The notes below the pieces were generated by a model. It saw only the letters and a list, made by a program, of their open reading frames with translations. It made no database searches and had not been told where the DNA came from. From Thermoanaerobaculia bacterium (GTDB taxonomy: Bacteria > Acidobacteriota > Thermoanaerobaculia > Multivoradales > UBA5704), in contig JBGAGQ010000066.1 in NCBI GenBank assembly GCA_044226625.1, positions 1 through 35,664 on the forward strand: DNA of 35,664 bases, given 5' to 3'. This document shows positions 9,011 to 17,859 of the stretch, in pieces. The position numbers were made by a program, and so were the translations under genes. Numbering within the stretch: position 1 is the stretch's first letter; each line of letters starts with the position of its first letter.

Positions 9011-9565
9011 ATGAGCGTGCGACGGATCGCCCTGGTCACCACGGGCGGCACCATCGAGAAGACCTATGACGAGCGCTCCGGCGAGCTGGTCAACCGCCGA
9101 TCGATCGTTCAGCGGATGCTCGAGGAGCTCCGGCTCGAGGAGACGAGCATCCAGGTGCTCGACTTGATGAGCAAGGACAGCCTCGACCTGGTGGACGAGG
9201 ACCGCGCCCAGATCGCGGCGATGGTCCGAAGCCTCGGGGTGGAGATCCCCGGGCGCGGACCGACCGGGGTCGTGATCCTCCACGGGACGGACACGCTCGA
9301 GGCGACCGGCGAACGATTGTTGACCGAGCTCGGCGGCACGAAGGTTCCGATCGTCCTCACCGGAGCGATGAGGCCGTTCGAGATGAAGCAATCGGATGCG
9401 CTCCAGAACCTCACCGAGGCGATCTTCGCCACCGGAGTGCTGCCGCCCGGCATCTGGTGCGTGGCCCACGGACGGGCGCTTCGTTTTCCCGGGGTGAAGA
9501 AGGACCGTGCCGCGGGCACGTTCGTCGGTGGCGAGACGGACGCTTCGCCGAGCGCGTCGGACTGA
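9011..9565 (+). CDS. Short asparaginase-like protein (N-terminal domain only)
   Basis: TTGGTIEK, HGTDT, VLTGAMRP, SDALQN. Start ATG 9011 after GGAG. Confidence 0.85.
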   Translation: MSVRRIALVTTGGTIEKTYDERSGELVNRRSIVQRMLEELRLEETSIQVLDLMSKDSLDLVDEDRAQIAAMVRSLGVEIPGRGPTGVVILHGTDTLEATGERLLTELGGTKVPIVLTGAMRPFEMKQSDALQNLTEAIFATGVLPPGIWCVAHGRALRFPGVKKDRAAGTFVGGETDASPSASD

Positions 9566-9601
9566 CCGTCGATCGGACCGGTGAACCCGGCCCCGTCTCG
9601 C

Positions 9602-10045
9602 TCAGGGGACTACGGTGCCGTCGGCTGCGATTCGGAAGAGAAAGCGGGGGCCCTCGGCACCGCCCGTCGTCCAGCGGGTGAGACGGACGCCGTTGGCCGA
9701 GATACCGGCGGTCGCGCGCCCTTGCGCGTTGCGGAAGCAGGCGTTCGGATCCGACACGGCGACCGAGATCTCACGGCCGATCGGCGCGCCGGCGACCTCG
9801 GTCTCGAAGCGAGCCTCGGACACCGGCTCCATGTAGATCCGCGTTTCCTTCCAGCTCACGGACACGTGGGTGCGGATGACCGCGCGGATGCAGTTGGAGG
9901 GGTAATTTCGGGGAGCGGGACCGGCCGGCGCGGCGAGGTAGGAGAATTCGACCGTGGCCGTCGCCGGTGCGGTCGGGGTCTCGTTCGCACAGCCGACCCA
10001 AGCGAATGCCAGGAGGGCGAGAGCCCAGGGGCGAGGCGTCCGCAT
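9602..10045 (-). CDS. Hypothetical lipoprotein
   Basis: Basic N-terminus, hydrophobic stretch and lipobox-like WVGC; beta-rich mature part with two more Cys. Confidence 0.55.
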   Translation of the reverse strand: MRTPRPWALALLAFAWVGCANETPTAPATATVEFSYLAAPAGPAPRNYPSNCIRAVIRTHVSVSWKETRIYMEPVSEARFETEVAGAPIGREISVAVSDPNACFRNAQGRATAGISANGVRLTRWTTGGAEGPRFLFRIAADGTVVP

Positions 10046-10124
10046 CAGGGCCGGAAGTCTACGCGATTCCGCTGGCTCGGCAAGAGGGGGGCTCCGGACC
10101 CGATTTTTCAGAGGCCGAACGGCC

Positions 10125-10478
10125 TTAGGCTGCGGTTTCGCTGCTGCCCGGCGCCACCTCGCCCAGGATCTCCAGATTCCCCGTCCCCGCGAGCGTCGCG
10201 AGGTCGATCTTGCCCCGGAAGCGGACCTTCACGTAGTCGAGGATCAGGTTGCCGGCGAGCTTGACCACGCCCGTCTTCGCCTCGTAATTCGCGGCCGAGA
10301 GGTCCGTTTCCGACGGATCGAGCCGGATGCCGAGCTCCGTGCCGCCGCGGGTCTCCGTGAACTTGCAGTGGACGTAGCCGCGATCGAGCGCGGCCTTGAA
10401 CAGCTCCACGGTGTTTTCCGGGCGCATGCTGGCGATGATGGGTTGTTCGACGGTCAGGCGCTGGACGAGGTCGTTCAT
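10125..10478 (-). CDS. Small conserved protein of the family I recall being annotated 'MbtH domain protein' (no true MbtH motif)
   Basis: GGAG RBS, MNDLVQRL...GYVHCKFTETRGGTELG...G.L.LDYVKVRF...IDLATLAGTG. Family assignment is from recall. Confidence 0.65.
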   Translation of the reverse strand: MNDLVQRLTVEQPIIASMRPENTVELFKAALDRGYVHCKFTETRGGTELGIRLDPSETDLSAANYEAKTGVVKLAGNLILDYVKVRFRGKIDLATLAGTGNLEILGEVAPGSSETAA

Positions 10479-10657
10479 CGAGGTCTCCGGGAGTCGAGAT
10501 TGCGGCAACAATGGACCGGCTTCCCAGCTGTAGTGCCTGCCGTCGCCTCTCTGGAGACAGATTCGGAAGCGAACGGTGAGCGACCGCCCGCCTACCCGCG
10601 CGCGGGGCTCCAGCGGACCCGGTTCGAGGGGTTCGTCATTTCTGGTAAAAAGGCCCC

Positions 10658-11236
10658 ATGGCCGAAAGCTGGTTGCTCGAAGTCCGCGCTCGACTCGCCT
10701 CACCCCCTCCGAAGCGTCTGCCGCCGAGCGAAGCTCGGCCCGCGGCCGTCCTCGTGCCCCTGTTCGTCGATGCCGGCGAGCTTTGGACGGTTCTCACCAA
10801 ACGGACCGATCATCTCCCGACCCATCGCGGCCAGATCGCCTTCCCGGGCGGTGGCCTAGAGTTGGGGGAGGACCCCTGGGCGGCGGCGTTGCGCGAGACG
10901 CACGAAGAGGTGGGGCTCGAGCCGGGCCGCGTCTTCCGCCTGGGCGAGCTGGACGAGACCGGCTCGCCGGTCGGCTTCCGGGTCGTTCCGTGCGTCGGCG
11001 CCGTCCCGTTCCCGTTCGAGACCCGTCCGAACGAAGCCGAGATCGCCGAGGTGTTCGCCGTCCCGTTGACCGCCTTCGCCGACCCCGACCTGGTCGAAGA
11101 GCGCGAAGTGAAGATCGACGGCGCGAAGCGCAACCTCCTCATCTACCACGTCGGCCGCCACCAGGTCTGGGGCCTCACCGCGCGGGTCCTCGAAAATTTG
11201 CTCGGCCGGTTGGGGATGAGCATCGCCCGGACTTGA
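10658..11236 (+). CDS. CoA pyrophosphatase, Nudix family (NudL-like)
   Basis: AAVLVPL, LTKR...HRGQIAFPGG, AALRETHEEVGL, VWGLTA. Confidence 0.92.
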   Translation: MAESWLLEVRARLASPPPKRLPPSEARPAAVLVPLFVDAGELWTVLTKRTDHLPTHRGQIAFPGGGLELGEDPWAAALRETHEEVGLEPGRVFRLGELDETGSPVGFRVVPCVGAVPFPFETRPNEAEIAEVFAVPLTAFADPDLVEEREVKIDGAKRNLLIYHVGRHQVWGLTARVLENLLGRLGMSIART

Positions 11237-11269
11237 GTCCAGGGCATCGGGTCCCGGAGGGGTTTTCCA

Positions 11270-12775
11270 TTGGTTGATCGATCGAGCGCGGTTCCCGCGG
11301 TCCGCTTGCGGGCCGCCAATGACGCACCCGTCCGTCCGGACGGAGAGTACGTCCTCTATTGGATGACCGCCTTCCGGCGCCTGTCCTGGAACTTCGCGCT
11401 CGACCTGGCGGTCGAGCGGGCGCGGAAGTTGGCCAAGCCGCTGCTGATCTTCGAGGCGATCCGGTGCAACTATCGGTGGGCGAGCGATCGGCTGCACAAG
11501 TTCGTCCTCGACGACATGGCCGAGCACGCGACGGCTCTACGGGGCACCGGGGTCGGCTACTTGCCCTACGTCGAGCCGTCGGCCGGCGCGGGCTCCGGCC
11601 TGCTCGAGGCGCTCGCCGCCAAAGCCTGCCTGGTCGTCGCCGACGACGCACCGGTCTTCTTCCTGCCGAGAATGCTCTCGGTGGCCGCCTCGCGGCTGAA
11701 GGTACGCGTCGAGGCGGTCGATTCGAACGGGCTGCTGCCGCTGCGCGCCGCCGACAAGTCGCATCTGACGGCCTATAGCCTGCGCCGGTTCCTGCAGGGC
11801 GAGCTGCCGCGGCACCTCGGCGATCTCCCCGCGGCGAAGCCGTTCTCCGGCGCGGCGCTCGCGCCGTTTGTGGGAGTGGCGGACCCGATCGCGAAGCGTT
11901 GGCCCGCCGCGTCCGACGAGATGCTCGCCGGGAGCCCCGCCGCTTTACAGTCCCTGCCGATCGATCACTCCGTGGCGCCGGTCGCCGATACCCCCGGCGG
12001 CGAAGCTGCGGCACGCAAGCGCCTGCACCGGTTCCTCGACCGAAATCTCGCGCGGTACGGCGCAGCGCGCAACGAGCCGGCCGAAGCGGTGACGAGCGGC
12101 CTGTCTCCCTACCTTCACTTCGGTCACGTGTCGACCGCCGAGATCCTCACCGCCCTGGCCGAAAAGGAGCGCTGGACCCCCGCGAAGATCGGTGCGCAAC
12201 GAAACGGCAAGAAGGAGGGGTGGTGGGGAATGAGCCCCGCCGCCGAGTCGTTTCTCGACGAGCTGGTGACATGGCGCGAGCTCGGCTACAACCATGCCGC
12301 GACGCGGGACGACATCGACCGCTACGAATCGCTCCCATCGTGGGCGAGGGAGACGCTCGAAACGCACGCGAGCGATCCGCGACCGGAGCTTTATACCCAC
12401 GCGCAGTTCGCGGGGGCGGCGACCGCGGACGAGATCTGGAACGCCGCCCAGACCCAGCTCGTCCGGGAGGGGACGATCCACAACTACCTCCGGATGCTCT
12501 GGGGCAAAAAGGTGCTGCACTGGAGCTCGAGCCCGCGCGAGGCCCTCGAAACGTTGATCGAGCTCAACAACAAATACGCCCTCGACGGGCGGAACCCGAA
12601 CTCGTACAGCGGCATCTTCTGGTGCTTCGGCCGGTACGATCGCCCGTGGGCACCGATCCGTCCGATCTTCGGCGCGATTCGCTATATGAGCTCGGACAGC
12701 ACGCGGCGGAAGTTGCGGATCGAGCCCTACCTGGAACGCTACCGGCCCCGACGGCAGGCCAACCTGTTCGATTGA
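11270..12775 (+). CDS. phr: Deoxyribodipyrimidine photolyase, class II-like
   Basis: YVLYWM...N.AL, SGLSPYLHFGH, FLDELVTWREL, IHNYLRMLWGKK, YALDGRNPNSY, FGAIRYM. TTG start after GGAGG. Confidence 0.92.
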   Translation: MVDRSSAVPAVRLRAANDAPVRPDGEYVLYWMTAFRRLSWNFALDLAVERARKLAKPLLIFEAIRCNYRWASDRLHKFVLDDMAEHATALRGTGVGYLPYVEPSAGAGSGLLEALAAKACLVVADDAPVFFLPRMLSVAASRLKVRVEAVDSNGLLPLRAADKSHLTAYSLRRFLQGELPRHLGDLPAAKPFSGAALAPFVGVADPIAKRWPAASDEMLAGSPAALQSLPIDHSVAPVADTPGGEAAARKRLHRFLDRNLARYGAARNEPAEAVTSGLSPYLHFGHVSTAEILTALAEKERWTPAKIGAQRNGKKEGWWGMSPAAESFLDELVTWRELGYNHAATRDDIDRYESLPSWARETLETHASDPRPELYTHAQFAGAATADEIWNAAQTQLVREGTIHNYLRMLWGKKVLHWSSSPREALETLIELNNKYALDGRNPNSYSGIFWCFGRYDRPWAPIRPIFGAIRYMSSDSTRRKLRIEPYLERYRPRRQANLFD

Positions 12776-12849
12776 CAGGGGCGGGACGCTCCGCGTAGGT
12801 TCCGGCCCAATCCCTCGAGGTCGTCATCGCTTCGCATCGGAGGCCGTCT

Positions 12850-13782
12850 CTGAGCGCCAAACTCTGCTTTTTCATCCAGACCCACCGCGATCCAGAGTTG
12901 ATCCTCCGATTGGTCAACACGCTCCATCGCGGCAGCGAGACCGCGCGCGTCGTGGTGCAGCATAACTTCGCGGCGAACCCGCTCGACTGGACGCCGTTCG
13001 AGAAGATTCCGCGGACGCATCTCTTTCCGGCCTCCGGACCGCAGATCCGGGCGAACTTCTCCTGTCAGGTCCAGCCGTTCCTGGACATGATCGATTGGTT
13101 AGAGCGAGACGCGATCGAGTACGACTGGCTGGTGACGCTTACCGGTCAGGACTACCCGACCGTGTCGACGCCCCGGATGGAGGCCGAGCTCGGCACGACC
13201 GATCGCGACGGCTTCATCAAATCCTGGGACGTTCATTCGAAGGCGAACCCCTGGTCGTGGCGCAAGGCGCGGAACCGCTACCACTACCGCTACCGGAGGC
13301 TTCCAGGCTGGACCGAAAAAGCGTTGCACGCCGTCCGGCTCGCGACGCGCGTGCTGCCGATCCATTTCTATCTCGACTACGGCCCGTACGTCGGCCACCG
13401 GGTCTTCCGGACGCCGTTCTCCGACCAGTTCCGTCTCCACGGCGGCTGGGCCTGGTTCTCGCTCCGACGAAGTGTGGTCCTCTACCTGCGCGACTATCTC
13501 GCGGCCCATCCCGAGCTGGTCCGCTACTACCGCGGGACGATCACCCCGGAAGAGTCGCTGGTCCAGACCGTGCTGCTCAACGGCGACCGGTTCAACCTCG
13601 AGAACGACGACCGGCGCTACATCGACTACTCGCGGGCGCACAAGGGCTCGCCCCGGGTACTCACCACGGCCGACGTGCCGATGCTCGCCGCGGGGAACTT
13701 CCATTTCGCCCGGAAGTTTGATCCAGGGGTCGACCTCGAGGTCCTCGACCGGATCGATCGAGAGCTGCTCGCCGATCGATGA
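12850..13782 (+). CDS. GT14 family (Core-2/I-branching, beta-1,6-GlcNAc transferase-like) glycosyltransferase
   Basis: KLCFFIQTHRDPE N-terminus, LTGQDYP, GWAWFSL, PEES..QT.L.N, RYID, FARKFD. Proposed CTG start at 12850 (the track gives TTG 12898). Confidence 0.85.
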   Translation: MSAKLCFFIQTHRDPELILRLVNTLHRGSETARVVVQHNFAANPLDWTPFEKIPRTHLFPASGPQIRANFSCQVQPFLDMIDWLERDAIEYDWLVTLTGQDYPTVSTPRMEAELGTTDRDGFIKSWDVHSKANPWSWRKARNRYHYRYRRLPGWTEKALHAVRLATRVLPIHFYLDYGPYVGHRVFRTPFSDQFRLHGGWAWFSLRRSVVLYLRDYLAAHPELVRYYRGTITPEESLVQTVLLNGDRFNLENDDRRYIDYSRAHKGSPRVLTTADVPMLAAGNFHFARKFDPGVDLEVLDRIDRELLADR

Positions 13783-13824
13783 ACCTCGGCGATCGCCGGC
13801 CGGTGAACGGTGATCGTCCCGCGG

Positions 13825-13852
13825 GGAATCTGAAGTACTCTTTGCCGTCGTA
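13825..13852 (+). promoter_or_regulatory. Candidate ECF-sigma promoter of the MNIO operon
   Basis: GGAATC-N18-CGTA about 50 nt upstream of the precursor ATG, overlapped by a ctcttt...aaagag inverted repeat. Confidence 0.35.
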
Positions 13853-13901
13853 AAAGAGGGATTGGAGTCCCCTAACGACCTCACCACCAAGGAGACCTCG
13901 C

Positions 13902-14336
13902 ATGGACCAGGGCAAGCTGAACCGACGCGACTTCGGCAAACTCACCCTCGCGGCTTTCGGCGGCATCCTCGCCGGCTCGTTCGCCGCCCGGACCGCGTTC
14001 GCGGCCGAAGAGAGCGGGGAGTTCCGCCTCGGCGACAAGCACATCTGCTGCGGCCTGAATACCTGCAAGGGGCTCGGCGCCGACGGCAAGAACGACTGCG
14101 CGGGGCTCGGTACCTGCGCCAACGTCGAGGCGCACGGTTGCGCGGGAGCGAATGACTGCGCCGGGCTGGGACCCGATGGCACCAACTCGTGCAAGGGCAA
14201 GGGGAGCTGCGCGGTGCCGGTGCACGGCGACGCGTGGAAGAGCGCCCGCGCCGGGTACGAGAAGGCGATGACCAAGGCGGGCAAGAAGTTCGGCGCGGCC
14301 CCGAAGAGCTGCGGCGCAGGGGAGGGGATGGAGTAA
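13902..14336 (+). CDS. Tat-signal Cys/Gly-rich RiPP precursor (bufferin BufA2-like)
   Basis: AAGGAG RBS, NRRDFGK twin-Arg motif, AFA cleavage site, four NxC[KA]GxG motifs, 10 Cys, directly upstream of the MNIO gene. Confidence 0.85.
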   Translation: MDQGKLNRRDFGKLTLAAFGGILAGSFAARTAFAAEESGEFRLGDKHICCGLNTCKGLGADGKNDCAGLGTCANVEAHGCAGANDCAGLGPDGTNSCKGKGSCAVPVHGDAWKSARAGYEKAMTKAGKKFGAAPKSCGAGEGME

Positions 14337-14403
14337 CGGGAGTGCCTGAAGCGATCGGGGTCCCCTCGGTTCCGCGGTGGGGGCTTCTGAAAGGAACCGG
14401 ACG

Positions 14404-15366
14404 ATGAGCTCCGGAAAGCTCCCGCGCCTGGGGGCACCGAACCTAGGCGCGGGCGTCGGTCTGCGTTCGGTTCATTTCGATCACATCCTCTCCGAGCGCC
14501 CGGGGGTCGACTGGTTCGAGGTGATCACCGAGAACTACCTCGACTCCCAGGGCCGTCCAAAGCACGTCCTGCGCGAGATCGCCGAGCGGTATCCCGTCGT
14601 GCTGCATGGCGTCTCGCTCTCGATCGGCTCGTCCGATCCGCTCGACCGCGACTATCTGAGAAAGCTCAAGGCGCTGGCTGCGGAGGTTAAGGCGCCATGG
14701 GTCTCCGATCACCTGTGCTGGACGGGGGTGATGGGGAAGAACACCCACGATCTCCTTCCGGTGCCGTTCACCGAGGCGACGCTTCGGCACGTGGTCGAGC
14801 GGATCCGGATCGTGCAGGATCTTCTCGAACGTCCGCTGGTGCTCGAAAATCCCAGCTCCTACGTGACGTTCGCCCACTCGACGATGGAGGAGTGGGAGTT
14901 CATCGCCCGGATGGCCGAGGAGGCCGACTGCGGGCTGCTGCTCGACGTGAACAACGTCTACGTTTCGAGCGTCAACCACGATCTCTCGCCCGAGGCGTTC
15001 GTTCGCGCGCTGCCGCACGAGCGGATCGTCCAGTTCCACCTCGCGGGGCACAGCGACTACGGCACCCACTTGATCGACACCCATGACCACCCGGTGATCG
15101 AGCCCGTCTGGGAACTCTACCGGTTGGCCCATCAGCTCACTGGAGGCGCGGCGACGCTGCTCGAATGGGACGCGCACATCCCGCCGTTCGAGGTGGTGCA
15201 CGCGGAGGTGCTCAAGGCGAAGCGCTGGACCGGGGACCGCGACGAGGAGACCTCGGCATCGCCGCCCGAGCCGTGGCGAGACGCTCGGCCGTTCGGACCG
15301 CTCGGTCCTCTCGACGGGGCTCCGGCGCCGCATCCGCTCCATCACATCCGGCCGGACGTGGTATGA
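14404..15366 (+). CDS. Multinuclear non-heme iron oxidative enzyme (MNIO, DUF692; BufB/HvfB-like)
   Basis: [68 protein letters not shown]. Confidence 0.95.
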   Translation: MSSGKLPRLGAPNLGAGVGLRSVHFDHILSERPGVDWFEVITENYLDSQGRPKHVLREIAERYPVVLHGVSLSIGSSDPLDRDYLRKLKALAAEVKAPWVSDHLCWTGVMGKNTHDLLPVPFTEATLRHVVERIRIVQDLLERPLVLENPSSYVTFAHSTMEEWEFIARMAEEADCGLLLDVNNVYVSSVNHDLSPEAFVRALPHERIVQFHLAGHSDYGTHLIDTHDHPVIEPVWELYRLAHQLTGGAATLLEWDAHIPPFEVVHAEVLKAKRWTGDRDEETSASPPEPWRDARPFGPLGPLDGAPAPHPLHHIRPDVV

Positions 15367-16277
15367 GCTCGCCCGACCGAGACGAGAGCGGCCCCGCGCT
15401 CGACGTCGTCCAGCGCTGGTTTCAGGCGGTGATCTCGCATCCCGACGGGGTCGCGGAAGGGATCTCGGCCGACGAGACGCAAGCGCTGATCGGCCTCGGT
15501 CGAGACCAGCTGGAGACCGTCGTCCGGCGTTCGAAGAATCTCACCGCGAGCGAACGGGTCGGCATCTACGCCTACGCCTATTACGCCCGGCTGCTCGAAT
15601 GCCTGAGGGAGAGCTTCCCGATCCTCCGCAAGGTTCTCGGCGAAGAACTGTTCCAGCCGATCGCGCTGGAATATCTCCGGCGCTATCCCTCGACCAGCTA
15701 CACGCTCGATCGGCTCGGCGACCGCCTCGCGCGATTCCTCGAGGAGACTCGCGCGGCCGAGGCGGGGGAGCCCCCCGCGTGGCCCGAGATGCTCGCCGAT
15801 CTCGCCCGCTTCGAGCACGCGATCGCCCGCGTGTTCGACGGTCCCGGCCTCGAAGGGGAGCCGCCGTTCTCGATCGAAGCTCTCCGAGCGATCGGCGCCG
15901 AGCGTTTCGCCGAGGCGCGCCTGATCCCCTCGCCGGCGCTCCGGCTCGTCACGCACCGGTTTCCGCTGAATGCTCTCTATACCGCGGCGCGCGGGGTCCC
16001 GGAGGGGGAGGAATTCGAGATTCCTGCGCCGATCGAGCCGCTTGAGGAGCACGTCGCGCTCTGTCGTTTGGAGTTCGTGGTCCGGCGCCATCCGCTCTTG
16101 CCGGTCGAACATGCGCTGCTCCAAGCGCTCGTCGAGGGCAAGACGGTCGGCGAGGCGCTCGCGGTTGCGGCAGAGCGGGCGCCGTCCGACGAGGACCTCG
16201 GGCCGATCGTCGAGCGCTCGTTCGCCACCTGGACCGCGGCGGGATTCTTCCGCGGCCTCGCCGAGGAAAAGTCATGA
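15363..16277 (+). CDS. MNIO partner protein (DUF2063; BufC/HvfC-like)
   Basis: ATGA overlap with the MNIO stop. [18 protein letters not shown]...FP.L...LG...F, YL..YPS.S..L..LG, DLARFE.A. Confidence 0.9.
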   Translation: MSSPDRDESGPALDVVQRWFQAVISHPDGVAEGISADETQALIGLGRDQLETVVRRSKNLTASERVGIYAYAYYARLLECLRESFPILRKVLGEELFQPIALEYLRRYPSTSYTLDRLGDRLARFLEETRAAEAGEPPAWPEMLADLARFEHAIARVFDGPGLEGEPPFSIEALRAIGAERFAEARLIPSPALRLVTHRFPLNALYTAARGVPEGEEFEIPAPIEPLEEHVALCRLEFVVRRHPLLPVEHALLQALVEGKTVGEALAVAAERAPSDEDLGPIVERSFATWTAAGFFRGLAEEKS

Positions 16278-16696
16278 CCGAAAGGATCGACCAAATCCTG
16301 ATCGTCCTCGGAGCCGGGATCTACGGATTCCTCGCGACGATGCATCTGATCTACACGTTCACCACGAACCGTTTCGACGCCCGCGATCCGGGGGTGATCG
16401 AGGCGATGAAGCGGACCTCGCCGGTGCTCACCCGCCGCACGACGATGTGGGATGCGTGGATCGGTTTCAACGGCAGCCACAGCCTCGGCGGCATGCTGTT
16501 TTCCGCCGTCTTTCTGCTGCTCGCGTTCGGCCACATGGACCTGTTGCGCACCTCGCCCGGCTTTCTGATCGTCGCGGTCGCATTCAGCTTGGGTTACCTC
16601 GCCCTGGCGATCCGCTACTGGTTCCGCATCCCCTTGACCGGGATCGCGGTCGCGACGGTCTGTTTCGTCGCGGCGGCGCTCTCGATCTGGCTATAG
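16274..16696 (+). CDS. Four-TM membrane protein coupled to the MNIO operon
   Basis: ATGA overlap with the previous gene. Four hydrophobic segments, motifs HLIYTF, W.AWIGFN.SHSLG, YWFRIP. Confidence 0.8.
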   Translation: MTERIDQILIVLGAGIYGFLATMHLIYTFTTNRFDARDPGVIEAMKRTSPVLTRRTTMWDAWIGFNGSHSLGGMLFSAVFLLLAFGHMDLLRTSPGFLIVAVAFSLGYLALAIRYWFRIPLTGIAVATVCFVAAALSIWL

Positions 16697-17425
16697 CGGA
16701 TCTTCAAGCCGCACCCCCTGGTGGACCGCGATCGGCGAGCCGACCGCGACGAACGCCGAGACGGGAGGGGATGCGAGGAGCGGCCCGAAATCCGGGCCGT
16801 ATAGCTTCTCGCCGGGACCGGCGAATTCCGCCCGGTCGGCGCTCCAGACGTGCCATGGGGGATGCTCGACCTGATATTCGAGCGTTCCGCCGTCGCGCTG
16901 GCGGGTGTAGCCCCAGTAATGCTCGGTGATGTACTCCGCCTCGGAGCCCGGAACCAGCGGCCGAGCCGGTCCGCTCGCGGTCGCCGAGAGCGAGTACGCC
17001 GCGCCCGCATGCCGCCAGCCGTAACGAACCCCGCCCCCATGCTCCGAGTCGAGCCGGACGTCGTGGCTCATCGGCACAGCGAGATAGGGCTCGTTGTAGA
17101 TCCGCCGGGCGAGCGCGGCGATCGCCCAGCGGGGAACCAACTCGCGGACGAACACGACGGCCCGCTTCCAGGCGCCGTCGTCTCCGCGTCTCCGGACGTA
17201 GAGCCGAAGGTTCACCTCCTCGAAGTTGCGATGCCCGGGAATCGGCATCCCGAGCAGACGGGTGTCGAGGAAGAGGAAGCCGACCAGGCTCATGAAACAG
17301 CGGTCCGACCAGAAGTCGAGCTCGGTCCCGGCGGGAACGAGGGGGCGGACGAGCGCCGGATCGACCTCGTAATTGAGGAGGACGAGGCTCTCCCAACGGG
17401 CGGTCAGGAACGGGCTGCGCGACAT
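16691..17425 (-). CDS. DUF2071 / YqjF family protein
   Basis: FLTARW..L..LNY.VDP, LVP.GTELD, F.EVNLR.YV, ITEHYWGY, EYQVEHPPW. Confidence 0.88.
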   Translation of the reverse strand: MSRSPFLTARWESLVLLNYEVDPALVRPLVPAGTELDFWSDRCFMSLVGFLFLDTRLLGMPIPGHRNFEEVNLRLYVRRRGDDGAWKRAVVFVRELVPRWAIAALARRIYNEPYLAVPMSHDVRLDSEHGGGVRYGWRHAGAAYSLSATASGPARPLVPGSEAEYITEHYWGYTRQRDGGTLEYQVEHPPWHVWSADRAEFAGPGEKLYGPDFGPLLASPPVSAFVAVGSPIAVHQGVRLEDPL

Positions 17426-17435
17426 GGCGAAGAGC

Positions 17436-17741
17436 TTAAAGTGAGGCGAGAACTTCCTGGGTCACGTCCTTGCCGCCGCCGAGGTTCGTCACCACCGATC
17501 CGATCGTGTAGATCGGCCCCCACGGGATGCCCCACCAGCCGGCGACGAGGCTCAAGAGAGTAAAACCGATGCTCTTCGAGAACGTGCCTTCCCCGGGCCG
17601 GATGAAGTGGATGTCCGAGCCACGACGGAAGGTGATGACGATGACCGAGATGCAATATTGGAAGTAGACGAACTTCCCCCCCTGCTGGACCTCGAACTGC
17701 AACTGCTCGCGATTCATCCCCTCGATGCCTTGGATCGCCAC
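17436..17741 (-). CDS. Small conserved membrane protein
   Basis: Likely GTG start at 17741. [17 protein letters not shown] segment, [21 protein letters not shown]. Confidence 0.75.
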   Translation of the reverse strand: MAIQGIEGMNREQLQFEVQQGGKFVYFQYCISVIVITFRRGSDIHFIRPGEGTFSKSIGFTLLSLVAGWWGIPWGPIYTIGSVVTNLGGGKDVTQEVLASL

Positions 17742-17761
17742 GTCGTCACCCCCTATGGATA

Positions 17762-17812
17762 CAGACCGGAAGCAGACCGAAACAGACTGCATTCAGAACG
17801 GAATCAAAACGC
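17762..17812. repeat. Five helically phased CA(G/A)A(C/A)(C/T)G repeats
   Basis: cagaccg 17762, cagaccg 17773, cagactg 17783, cagaacg 17794, caaaacg 17805; spacings 11, 10, 11, 11. Confidence 0.65.
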
Positions 17813-17845
17813 GGCCCGGGGGTCCCGGGCCCGGTCGATCTCTAT
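17803..17845 (-). terminator. Intrinsic terminator after doxX
   Basis: On the minus strand, a gcccggg-acc-cccgggc hairpin followed by gcgttttgatt. Confidence 0.5.
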
Positions 17846-17859
17846 CTCGAGCTGGTTTT

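Noticed and set aside
10125-10478. Calling this gene mbtH
   Set aside because: It lacks the conserved Trp residues and the NxExQxSxWP motif of MbtH-like proteins.
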